Positions 1-8,896 of a stretch of 64,000 bases of DNA are shown here, piece by piece; positions within the stretch are counted from its first letter, which is position 1, and each line of letters begins with the position of its first letter. The stretch is from an uncultured Paraglaciecola sp. (GTDB taxonomy: Bacteria > Pseudomonadota > Gammaproteobacteria > Enterobacterales > Alteromonadaceae). The notes beneath the pieces are model-generated. The model saw only the letters and a list, made by a program, of their open reading frames with translations. It searched no databases and was not told the origin of the DNA. The translations under genes and the position numbers were made by a program. The stretch is taken from assembly GCA_947498355.1 (NCBI GenBank), contig CANMKA010000019.1, positions 10,222 to 74,221 on the forward strand. Reading direction: 5' to 3'.

Positions 1-1186
1 ATGAATAAATAACCAGGGATAATAAAAATGACGGAGTTGCTGATGAAAATCACGAATGTCTTGCTCATAAGCAAATGCAGCCAAGGCATCTGTATTTGCC
101 AGACGGGTCATGTAGCGCTGAAATAAAATAGGAGGTGCAATCCATGCAAGGTACCCCGCTTTTTGATACATAGCGCTTGATGCGTCTCGATATTGCTCTG
201 ATAAGTCGGCCGCAGCTTGATCGCCCAATTGTTGAAAGGCGTAGTACCACTTCCAGTCAAACCCAACCACATCTGATTTATAGTCACTATACTCAGGGTG
301 AGTTTTAATAAAGGCCTGCATAGTGTCTGCAACGGGCAAGTCCCACGCATCATTTACTGATTCTCGTTGGGTCAACAAAATATCATTGCCTTTAGGCGAC
401 AGTATTTGCTGCTTAATCAACTTATCACCAACAATCGGAATAATGAATGCCACAGCAATCCACACCGCAATTAAACCAGAAGCAATGGTAGGTGCGTGAC
501 TTGAGTGGCGGCCAACGTACAGACTTAAAGCCGTCCAAAACGCCATATAAGCTGCGCATATAAGGGCGACTAATAGCCAGTTGGTTACCTCAGTTGCACT
601 GAGCAAGGCTCCCACTAAAAACGGCACAAATACGCATAAATACAAGGCTACAAACCGAACGCCGACTTTGGCTCCCCACAAGGCATTTACAGACTTGGCT
701 GTGGTAACCAATAAATCATGGCGACCGCTAGTGCGCTCATTCGCAATTAAATCGTGAAACAGTAAAAAGCGGGACTAAAGCACTCACCAAAAATGCAAAA
801 TCGATTTTCCCAACTTGGGCAAGTTCAGCATTTTGAGTGTCACTTTCGTATATCTGGCCTTCCAAGGCCAACATTCTAATTCGGTGTTTCCAGGGATATA
901 AGTCTCGTTCTCCCAACGCGGCAAACGCTAAATTAGAAGGTTCTGCGTAGGTTAAATGAAAACTGTAATAGGCCAAATAACCTGGGTCGTCGTATTTGGC
1001 CTGCATTTTACTGCGATCTTCAACGTCAGCTTGTTTCAAGCGCTCTATGGTTTGCCTTTGGCTACTCACCTCGTTTAGTCCAGTAAACACAGCAAAAACA
1101 GACAATAAGAAACTACACAGTAACAATGCTATAGCGTAATGCTGGGTTCTTAGAAAATGCCATTCACGCAGCAAGTGATGCTTCAT
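1..1186 (-). pseudogene. Second DUF3526-type ABC-2 membrane permease, interrupted by a frameshift (~737-775) and running off the left edge
   Basis: ORF 737..1237 likely starts at MKHHLLREW (~1186), giving an ATGA overlap with the upstream stop. It stops at 737. A different minus-strand frame is open from ~775 to position 1 and encodes TM-like sequence (FHDLIANERTSGRHDLL...VALYLCVFVPFLVGALL...). The two pieces together match the length and character of the paralogue at 1183..2631. Confidence 0.55.
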
Positions 1187-2631
1187 AAGGCTCTCCTCCC
1201 CGCCCATCTGATCAGGACAAGTAAAACCAGCACCCATAAGGTCAATTGCACAAGGCCTGTTTGGCCTCTAACTAAACGCGTTTTAACATTATCAATGGTG
1301 AACTCAAAGCCTTGGATCATCTGCCAGTTTGATGCATCGACACGGGCTTTTTGCCAGGCTTCGTCGCCCTTGTTGCGATTAATATCATCTTGATAACTAA
1401 GCTGCTCTACATGGGCTTGATTCAAAGATTGCACAAAGTTGAACCTCAACGCCTCAGTTTCCGTCAAAAATCTGTGATGAGTTTCTAAACTGGTACCCGA
1501 CAAAACCATAGATAAGGCATGCAATGCAACCTTAGGGGAGGCCCAACCAAATTGGCGAGCAATGCGTACTTGTTGTAATTCCTGAGTCATCTGCTGATGA
1601 GCAAAACGGTTCAAAACCTGAGTTAATTGTCCCTCACTTTGACTAGCCACCACGCCCCTGAAGTTGATAGGTAACGCTTCTACTTTGTCAACCTTGTACT
1701 TTTCAAGCAAAGACTGCTTGAGCTTTTTAAACGCTGGATCGTTTGCATTATGTCCGTCTCCTAGTTTGCGTAACTCATTGATAACCATAAAATCGGTTTC
1801 AAGTTTACCCACTGACGGCGCAACCGCAGATGCAGTGGTACTCGCAACGCGAGGCATAGCGACACACAGAATAATCCATGCAACAACTAGCAAGGTAAAA
1901 CTTGCCCTGCTGGTCGAAGCTAAGGTTGAGACGAGTAAACCTAGCAAGACCCAAAAACCAAGATAAAGCCCGTACGCCCCCACAAAAGAAAACGCGATAA
2001 CTAAGCTCTCTCCTTGAGACATAGCAAATAAAGCTGCACTGGCCAAAGGCAAAAGAATTAAACCAGCGACTGAACCCAATGCTAGGCCCTTGCCCAAAAT
2101 TAAGGTAAAAATTGAGGTGCCTTGTGCCACTAAAAACGCCAAGGTTTGAGACTCTCGCTCACGACTCATCATGCTGTAGCCAATCAATATCAGCATGAGT
2201 GGCGCCAAAACTTGCCCTATAAACGCAGGTGCTAAACTACCGAGTTTAGTTAAACCCGTGCTTTGCCTTTGCTCGGCAAAGGTCGCACTATTTTGTCTGT
2301 GCCCCTCTAGAAAAATAGCATTTCCGGTATAAGCATCAACGCCTGGATCGAGTAAACTTAATGGTGGGGGTGTTTTAAACGCATAATGTCCATAGTGCAC
2401 CATTCTGTGAGGATGCCTATCTGGTTGCTCTACAAACGCCTGCTCAGACGCATGCTGCATAGCATGACGCTGGTGAGCAAGATCATGCATATAAATGGCC
2501 GTCATCGCCACAGATGCGAAGGTTAACAGTGAGCCGATTGCTAATACCGTAATGGCCAACTTAGATCGCAACCAATATCGCCATTCGTCCTTAAAAACAC
2601 AGGTTACTTGAAAAGCACTGATCCCCCTCAT
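1183..2631 (-). CDS. ABC-2 family membrane permease (DUF3526-like)
   Basis: 482-aa ORF with several hydrophobic helices (LAPLMLILIGYSMM, GLILLPLASAALFAM, GLYLGFWVLLGLLVSTLA). ATGA overlaps with both neighbours. Family assignment by eye only. Confidence 0.7.
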   Translation of the reverse strand: MRGISAFQVTCVFKDEWRYWLRSKLAITVLAIGSLLTFASVAMTAIYMHDLAHQRHAMQHASEQAFVEQPDRHPHRMVHYGHYAFKTPPPLSLLDPGVDAYTGNAIFLEGHRQNSATFAEQRQSTGLTKLGSLAPAFIGQVLAPLMLILIGYSMMSRERESQTLAFLVAQGTSIFTLILGKGLALGSVAGLILLPLASAALFAMSQGESLVIAFSFVGAYGLYLGFWVLLGLLVSTLASTSRASFTLLVVAWIILCVAMPRVASTTASAVAPSVGKLETDFMVINELRKLGDGHNANDPAFKKLKQSLLEKYKVDKVEALPINFRGVVASQSEGQLTQVLNRFAHQQMTQELQQVRIARQFGWASPKVALHALSMVLSGTSLETHHRFLTETEALRFNFVQSLNQAHVEQLSYQDDINRNKGDEAWQKARVDASNWQMIQGFEFTIDNVKTRLVRGQTGLVQLTLWVLVLLVLIRWAGRRAL

Positions 2632-3392
2632 TTTGCCGTAACTCGCGTCTGAACTTGGGCAAATGCAGCATGCACAGCTTGGGTATCAATTTTTTCTGGT
2701 TGTTCGGCCTCAAACTCGCCAACTAATTCGCCATTTCGAAGCAAACCAATACGATTAGCGACCTGGCAAGCCCCATACACATCGTGGGTAACCATTAAAA
2801 TTGACGCACCGCTGCCAGCCAACTCTGACACCAGTTGATTAAACTCATCAATCGCTACTGGATCTAAACCAGAGGTTGGCTCATCAAGCAGAAAAATAGG
2901 CGCCGAGCGCAGCAATGCTAGGGCAATAGCAGTCTTTTGCCGCATACCTTTCGAATAAGAATCAAGAGGACGCCGCCAAGCAGCCGACTGCAACGCCACT
3001 CTCGTTAACGCCCCTTCTATTTCTTCATTAGACTTAGCAATTTCGGCTAACGACAAAAAGTATTCAATATTTTCTATGGCACTAAGGTGGGGGTAAAGGG
3101 TGGCGTTTTCGGGTAAATAAGCGGTCTTCTGACGAACTGTATCTAACTCGGAATACACGTCTTGCCCGTCTATTTTCAACTTACCTGAGCTAGGTACATG
3201 AAAACCTAATATGGTTTTTAACGTGGTAGATTTACCCGCACCGTTCCCCCCAAGTAAGGCATATATTTCGCCTCTAGCCACAGAAAAGCTTAACGACTTT
3301 AAAACGGAGGTTTGATTGATTTCGACACATAATGAATCGACTTCAATTACGTAAGAATTCTGAATTTTGTTTGCCACAGGCTTACCACTCAA
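2628..3392 (-). CDS. ABC transporter ATP-binding protein
   Basis: Walker A GGNGAGKST, signature-like YSKGMRQK, Walker B IFLLDEPTSGLD, H-loop VTHD. The start codon at 3392 is TTG, so the true start is uncertain. Confidence 0.92.
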   Translation of the reverse strand: MSGKPVANKIQNSYVIEVDSLCVEINQTSVLKSLSFSVARGEIYALLGGNGAGKSTTLKTILGFHVPSSGKLKIDGQDVYSELDTVRQKTAYLPENATLYPHLSAIENIEYFLSLAEIAKSNEEIEGALTRVALQSAAWRRPLDSYSKGMRQKTAIALALLRSAPIFLLDEPTSGLDPVAIDEFNQLVSELAGSGASILMVTHDVYGACQVANRIGLLRNGELVGEFEAEQPEKIDTQAVHAAFAQVQTRVTAK

Positions 3393-3584
3393 CGCTAGTT
3401 AACCGGAATTTTGGACAACAATTTACGTTCTAGTGGCCATTTTTCGTAATCACGGGGTGAGCTCAGCTGCAATCGACTCGCTAGTGATTTGCCATACTCT
3501 TAGAAAAAATTGCCGACTAGAACCTAATTGAGCACTTAAGCGTAACAATTGTATGTTAGCTAAGGTCTTATCCATCACTCAGGT

Positions 3585-3599
3585 TGTTATAATATAACA
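3585..3599. promoter_or_regulatory. Zur-box-like palindrome 1 (TGTTATAATATAACA)
   Basis: Perfect 7-1-7 inverted repeat. With flanks it matches ~19/23 positions of the gammaproteobacterial Zur consensus GAAATGTTATANTATAACATTTC (recalled from comparative-genomics literature). It contains a TATAAT hexamer. Confidence 0.65.
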
Positions 3600-3613
3600 T
3601 CTCAAAAAGAGCA

Positions 3614-3628
3614 TGTTATGTTATAACA
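3614..3628. promoter_or_regulatory. Zur-box-like palindrome 2 (TGTTATGTTATAACA)
   Basis: 7-1-7 inverted repeat with one mismatch, centred ~29 bp from box 1. It also contains the perfect 12-mer palindrome ATGTTATAACAT. Confidence 0.55.
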
Positions 3629-3834
3629 TCAGTAGAAAGCAAGCCTGATACTCAGTGTTCGTCTGACTTTGTACTACGAAAAACCACTTAACAGTGTAAA
3701 TATTTACTCATAATAAGATGGCGGCGCGGGCTTAGTTTATTTAAGAAACGACCTTAGTATCGTCACATTGATAAAACGCTACAATGAAAAGCCCCATGCT
3801 CAGGATATACCGGGAAGCATAGGATGCTTTCACA

Positions 3835-5502
3835 TTAAGGTAACTTGGGTAAACCCGTTGTTGGGTCAAGTTTAAAGGATTGCTTTGGGGGTAATTGCAA
3901 AGATAGGCTTTGAGGTAATGGGTCTGCGTTAGGTTTTTGCCCAAAATAATTAATGCCTTGCCTAACCCACTCATAGTGTAGTTTCACCATGTAATTAGGT
4001 AAGGCAAAATCGTAAAAGGCGACTTCGTCTATGGTGCCAGCATAAGCTTCACCATGATTATCAAGAGCATTAGGCGAGTTGCCTATATTAGCCGTCCCAG
4101 ACCCGCCACTCAGCATTTTTGAGCCTGGGGGGTATTGGTAGTGAGCCTGCATCACACCATTGATGTAAATTGCCTTTAATCCGGTTCTAACGTTGTACGT
4201 TGCGACTACATGGTGGCTATTTCCATCTTTCAATTGGGCTAAACTTGGCCGTCCATCTTTACCATCTAGGCTCATTTTCAGTTCGTTATAGCCTTGTCCA
4301 ACTAAATACAAACCAAAACCAAGGCTTGGGCCAAATTCACCCTCTGGTTTCAAAATCTTTTTACCGCTATCGTGTTGAAAACTAAGTAACATTCTTAATT
4401 TGTCGTCGGTTTGATCTTTGCGGAATATTTCATCAAGCTCCCCGTATTCTCCTGAATATTTGGGTTTAATCATGGCTTCTATGGTCACCCCATCGGTCAC
4501 CGCAAAGGTACCAGTAGCTGGAACGGTTCCTCCACCACTGCCCACGTTAATTCGTGCATTTAGGGTATTGTCAAAATCAAACGCCCCTTTACCCACTAAA
4601 CCCGATACGCGAGTGGCACCACTGTCTGCAATTCCATGGGCTTCACCAGCGAAATCAAGGGCACGATCTCCCCTCCCCTCAAATGACCAATAATGCTTAG
4701 GACGCCAGCGTTTCGGCATGAGTATAGTGTTTTCACCCGTTAAAACCGTGGGTTCTGTGGATGTTAAGTCTAAATCTAAGGCGCCACCTTCAGAAAAAAT
4801 AGTAAAATTCGAACCATCAATTTTAATTGAGTGAGAGGTATTGGGGTGCAAACGTAATTTACCTTGATAAAGGGCGAGTTCGGTTCGGTTAAATAACTTG
4901 AAGCGCGCACTCTCACTTAAGTAAATTTTGTCTCCGCCAAACAAAGATAGCTCGGCGTGGTTATCAACCTGATAGTCACCGGCAAATAAATAGTGATCAT
5001 CCAACTGCCCAACTTTACTTGCAGTTAAGTTGCCGGATTCAAGTTTTGCGTAATAATCCTGACTTAACAAGGACACTAAGTAATAGCCCATTACCATCAG
5101 AATAAACACTATGGCTGCCAAAAACCAATGCCCAGCCCTTAGTTTGAATGATTGCTCGGGGGCTTGATAATGACTGGTAATAGCAGCGCGTGGCTCTGGA
5201 ATATTATCTAAAGGACGCAAGCTCGGTTCTAGAGGCGCTGTGGTTAGATTAGCGGCCTGCCCAGATATTGGCCTGATGATGGTTTCGTCTATGTGCAAGC
5301 TGCGCCTTACAACTTCCATATTGGGCTCGATATCCGTTGTCAAATGTACATGCATACTGATGTAATCAAAATAGAACTGCTGTGCCCTTTGATTGCCTAA
5401 AAGCATTTTCTCAAGGGTTTTAACTTGCTCTGGAGTAACGGTTTCGTTGCAAACACAGTCTGCAATCTGCCTAATGGCATCAAATTCGTCGCTGCGACTC
5501 AA
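3835..5502 (-). CDS. Anti-sigma factor, FecR-like with C-terminal LamG/concanavalin-like domain
   Basis: 555 aa with a single TM (WFLAAIVFILMVMGYYLVSLL) and a FecR-like middle. The C-terminal ~200 aa carries LamG-like motifs (GNSHHVVATYN, IYINGV, GTIDEVAFYDFAL). TTGA overlap with the sigma gene. Confidence 0.7.
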   Translation of the reverse strand: MSRSDEFDAIRQIADCVCNETVTPEQVKTLEKMLLGNQRAQQFYFDYISMHVHLTTDIEPNMEVVRRSLHIDETIIRPISGQAANLTTAPLEPSLRPLDNIPEPRAAITSHYQAPEQSFKLRAGHWFLAAIVFILMVMGYYLVSLLSQDYYAKLESGNLTASKVGQLDDHYLFAGDYQVDNHAELSLFGGDKIYLSESARFKLFNRTELALYQGKLRLHPNTSHSIKIDGSNFTIFSEGGALDLDLTSTEPTVLTGENTILMPKRWRPKHYWSFEGRGDRALDFAGEAHGIADSGATRVSGLVGKGAFDFDNTLNARINVGSGGGTVPATGTFAVTDGVTIEAMIKPKYSGEYGELDEIFRKDQTDDKLRMLLSFQHDSGKKILKPEGEFGPSLGFGLYLVGQGYNELKMSLDGKDGRPSLAQLKDGNSHHVVATYNVRTGLKAIYINGVMQAHYQYPPGSKMLSGGSGTANIGNSPNALDNHGEAYAGTIDEVAFYDFALPNYMVKLHYEWVRQGINYFGQKPNADPLPQSLSLQLPPKQSFKLDPTTGLPKLP

Positions 5503-6155
5503 GAGGCTCCCCTTTGGCTATTTAGATCTACACAATCAAATAGTTTTTTTCTTAATTTGTGAATGACTTTACGGATCGCAAAAATTGAACGACCTGTGTG
5601 CTCGGCAATTTCCGCGGCTTTTTGATTATTCACATAAAACGCTTGATAGAGTTCAAACTCTGGCCCTTTTAGGCCAGACAAACACCGTTGAAGAATATCC
5701 CAACGTGTTGCAGACAAAGAAAGCTGATCCACACTGTCATCGATTTCTAGACTTAACTCTTCACTCAACCCCAAACTGTACTTTTTGTTGTCTCGACGAA
5801 ATACCCGAATTCGATTGAAGGCAATCCCGTTGGCCCATTTGGCAAAATCCGTATTGGGCTCAAATTTAGCAAACTCTTTCCACAACACCATACTGGTTTC
5901 TTGGAAGATATCGTCTGCCGCCGCTTTGCTCACAACGTAGGCATAGATATAGGCATACAAACGTCGCCTATCCGCCTCAAATAAGGTCATAAACAACTCA
6001 TCATTTGATTGAGTCAAGCTTGATTGATTATTGGTGGGTGAACTAGGAGGCTTCACAACCAGTTTCTTGTTTGGGTCAACATCAGAATCACGGCTAACAA
6101 TTCGATAAAAAACACTTAAATTAATACGGATGTATAGGGTATCGAATCTTATCAA
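5499..6155 (-). CDS. ECF-type RNA polymerase sigma-70 factor
   Basis: Region 2 (LYAYIYAYVVSKAAADDIFQETSMVLWKEF) and a region 4 HTH (QKAAEIAEHTGRSIFAIRKVIHKLRKKL). The true start is probably internal to the 218-aa ORF (for example near ATG 5990 or a little upstream). Confidence 0.85.
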   Translation of the reverse strand: MIRFDTLYIRINLSVFYRIVSRDSDVDPNKKLVVKPPSSPTNNQSSLTQSNDELFMTLFEADRRRLYAYIYAYVVSKAAADDIFQETSMVLWKEFAKFEPNTDFAKWANGIAFNRIRVFRRDNKKYSLGLSEELSLEIDDSVDQLSLSATRWDILQRCLSGLKGPEFELYQAFYVNNQKAAEIAEHTGRSIFAIRKVIHKLRKKLFDCVDLNSQRGAS

Positions 6156-6401
6156 CAGATGCTATTTAAGTAAGGTAATTTACAATAATTACTTATTCAT
6201 TAACGATTTTTACAAATTTATTCCCTCTCGATTTAACTAACGAACAAGGACACAGACCAAGCGGGAGTATAAATCTTGGTTAGCGTTCTGAGTTCTGATG
6301 CTTAATTTTTTATACTGATTGAGCTGTGTACTTAGGGAAATTATAAACTTGAAAAAGCAGCCGATAAAAGCCGGAGACTTGTCAGCGAATCAAAACCAAT
6401 G

Positions 6402-7313
6402 TCAGCTAGCCTCAGAGAAACCTTGGCGTAGGGTTGTTCTATTGCGCCCTTGGTTTTTAGAGTCGTAAAGGGCTTTGTCGGACCTATCGAGTAGTTGCTC
6501 AAAACGGCTAGGGTGTTCAAGATCACTGACGGCGACTCCTAGGCTGACTGTAATAGACAGGCTCTCAATGGGCTGCGCTGCAATTTTACGCCTGAGTCGC
6601 TCTGCAAATTCTAAGGCATGTTCTGCCGACAGTTCCGGAAGTAGCATAACGAACTCTTCGCCTCCTGTTCGGGCCACTAAATCATGGGCTCTGCGCTCAG
6701 AAGATAAGATTTGTGCCAAGTGCCTTAAGACCTTGTCGCCTATTTTGTGCCCATAGGTATCATTCACCCGTTTAAAAAAATCAATGTCGATTGATAGAAC
6801 TGCGTAAACAGATGAACCTCTTAGTAAATGACTAACCAATTTTTTGGCTTGTACAGCAAACGCCCGTCGATTCAACAAGCCGGTAAGTGAGTCTGTAGAC
6901 GCTAATAAAAGCAGTTCTTTAGACTGACTTTCTAAGATCTCCCTAGCCTTTATCAGTTCACCTTGTAATTTGTCTCGATTAGCGCATGTATATAACGACC
7001 AATAAGTGTTGCCATCTGCGGCCAATTTAATGTTGGCCGTGACAGGAATCGAATCGCCCTCCACACTAAGCCAGTTAATCTGGGTTTCTTGCACCAAAGA
7101 GTCAGAAAGCAAAAGTGGATAAATATAACTATCAATAAAAATATTTGACGCTTTAGTAAAATAACCAGACAAAGACGCACCAATTAGCTCTGAGCTTTCA
7201 GCCTGAGCGATCTGACAAATATACGTATTACAAAACACAATATTTCGATCTGAATCGACCACCAAGTGCCCAGAATGAAAGTCGTCAGGGCTAAGCGAAA
7301 TACTGTTACTCAT
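6402..7313 (-). CDS. PAS-GGDEF diguanylate cyclase
   Basis: N-terminal PAS-like region. GGEEF active site (ARTGGEEFVMLL) with an RxxD I-site (RAHD) 5 residues upstream. The ATG at 7313 overlaps the stop of the upstream hydrolase (ATGAGTAA). Confidence 0.88.
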   Translation of the reverse strand: MSNSISLSPDDFHSGHLVVDSDRNIVFCNTYICQIAQAESSELIGASLSGYFTKASNIFIDSYIYPLLLSDSLVQETQINWLSVEGDSIPVTANIKLAADGNTYWSLYTCANRDKLQGELIKAREILESQSKELLLLASTDSLTGLLNRRAFAVQAKKLVSHLLRGSSVYAVLSIDIDFFKRVNDTYGHKIGDKVLRHLAQILSSERRAHDLVARTGGEEFVMLLPELSAEHALEFAERLRRKIAAQPIESLSITVSLGVAVSDLEHPSRFEQLLDRSDKALYDSKNQGRNRTTLRQGFSEAS

Positions 7314-8121
7314 TACAATCCTGCTGGATAAAACTAACAACAATCGGCGAGATAGTTTCGGGGTTGGTCATATGCAGGCAATGGCCCTCAGCATCAATTA
7401 TTGCCAATTCTGACTGCGGCAATTGTTGTGCCATATACTTGCCAATTGAAACATCTGCGAGAGCATCAGATGAACTTTGCAACATCAAAACTGGGCAACT
7501 AATTTTAGGCAATAAGTGCCGATAGTCTGAGAAAAAGGTAGCATTCGCAAATGTCTTGGCCACTACAGGATCGGTACTACAAAAGCTACCAGACAATTCA
7601 CCAATCAGAGCTGGAGACTGTGAGCCGCCCATCACCAGCGGCGCCAAATATTCGGCCCAGCCAATGTAGTTTCTGTCCATTAGGCCAATCAATTCTTTTA
7701 AATCACCACGTTGAAACCCACCTTGATAATCAGGGGGAATATTCAAAAAACAAGGGGAAGGACACACCATAACGATGCGCTTTATAAGATCTGGCTTCGC
7801 CATAAATGCAATTGACCCAATCATAGCACTTACAGAGTGGCCCACTAAAGTCACGTCCTCTAACTGCAACTCATCGATGATATCGAGAATATCTTCTGCG
7901 TATCCTTCTAAACTCGAATATTTATCAACAGAGTAATCCGTCAATAAAGACTGCCCAGAGCCGACATAATCAAACAAAACGACTCGAAAATGTTTTTCGA
8001 GTTGGGGCAATATAAATCGCCACATAGTTTGGTCGCAGCCAAACCCATGAGCCAATATGACTGTTGGGCCGCTCTCTACGCCCGTAATTTTGACATTATT
8101 TCGAATTACTATTTGACCCAA
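7306..8121 (-). CDS. RsbQ/KAI2/D14-family alpha/beta hydrolase
   Basis: Alignable by eye along its length with B. subtilis RsbQ as I recall it: HGFGCDQ, LFDYVGSG, nucleophile elbow GHSVS, NYIGWA, FCSTDP, acid SSSDAL, histidine GHCLHM. Confidence 0.85.
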   Translation of the reverse strand: MGQIVIRNNVKITGVESGPTVILAHGFGCDQTMWRFILPQLEKHFRVVLFDYVGSGQSLLTDYSVDKYSSLEGYAEDILDIIDELQLEDVTLVGHSVSAMIGSIAFMAKPDLIKRIVMVCPSPCFLNIPPDYQGGFQRGDLKELIGLMDRNYIGWAEYLAPLVMGGSQSPALIGELSGSFCSTDPVVAKTFANATFFSDYRHLLPKISCPVLMLQSSSDALADVSIGKYMAQQLPQSELAIIDAEGHCLHMTNPETISPIVVSFIQQDCNE

Positions 8122-8290
8122 GCCGAGCTCCTACTGCCGCAGAACTAAAAACAATTTGTACTAAGTATACAGAGTAGAAGGTTTAAATGAAAAATTCCTA
8201 GTAGTTTTGTGTGGGTGAAACGTCGTATTATTAAATGCGATAAAATTTAACAACTTTGTTACCAAAATCGCACAAACCACGGACGTTAAT

Positions 8291-8896
8291 GTGAATCTAA
8301 ATAAACCTCAAGCGAGCACAGAATCTTCATCAGACACAGGCATTTTACATGCGTTTAATCGCTATAAATCCGCATTAAAATATTTTGTTTCAAGTTATTT
8401 AGTCAACTCTCAAGATGTTGAAGATGTGTGCCAAGAGACCTTCTTGCGTACTTATAAATCGTCATTAGAAAATGATGTGCTCAAGCCTAAGTCCTTTATG
8501 TTTCGGGTCGCAAAAAATTTAATCATTTCTGATTTTCGTAAAGCGTCAGTTCAACTTAACGATTATATAGATGATATAGATTTGGTTGATCCGCAAATCG
8601 AATTGGACAACATAGAAAACAACGCCCTCGCCCAAGAAAAACTAGGCATAATGTGTGAAGCTATAGCAGCTTTACCCAATAAATGTAGGCAAGTGGTGGT
8701 AATGCGAAAAGTCTATGGGCTAGCGACCAAAGACATTGCCAAGCGAATGAATATATCGCCCATCACAGTCAGTAACTACATAACCAAAGGCATGTGCGCC
8801 TATAATGATGCCTTGCAAAAATACAATCAAGAACACCATCAACCTACAAAGCCAAACGATTACACCCAGCCCATTAAAACGGGAGAGAGATTATGA
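8291..8896 (+). CDS. ECF sigma factor (FecI-like)
   Basis: Region 2 (DVEDVCQETFLRTY) and region 4 (QVVVMRKVYGLATKDIAKRMNISPITVSNYI). GTG start. 4-nt overlap with the FecR gene. Confidence 0.85.
   Translation: MNLNKPQASTESSSDTGILHAFNRYKSALKYFVSSYLVNSQDVEDVCQETFLRTYKSSLENDVLKPKSFMFRVAKNLIISDFRKASVQLNDYIDDIDLVDPQIELDNIENNALAQEKLGIMCEAIAALPNKCRQVVVMRKVYGLATKDIAKRMNISPITVSNYITKGMCAYNDALQKYNQEHHQPTKPNDYTQPIKTGERL

Noticed and set aside
65-353. ORFs 65..250 and 108..353
   Set aside because: Out-of-frame with the long open minus-strand frame that continues the DUF3526 permease. Most likely spurious.
3741-3974. 77-aa ORF overlapping the 3' end of the anti-sigma gene
   Set aside because: It overlaps a better-supported gene in another frame. 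No motifs or signals.
6183-6202. Fur-box-like AT-rich sequence (CAATAATTACTTATTCATTA) upstream of the ECF sigma gene
   Set aside because: It is only a partial match to GATAATGATAATCATTATC in generally AT-rich DNA. Not convincing without a PWM score.
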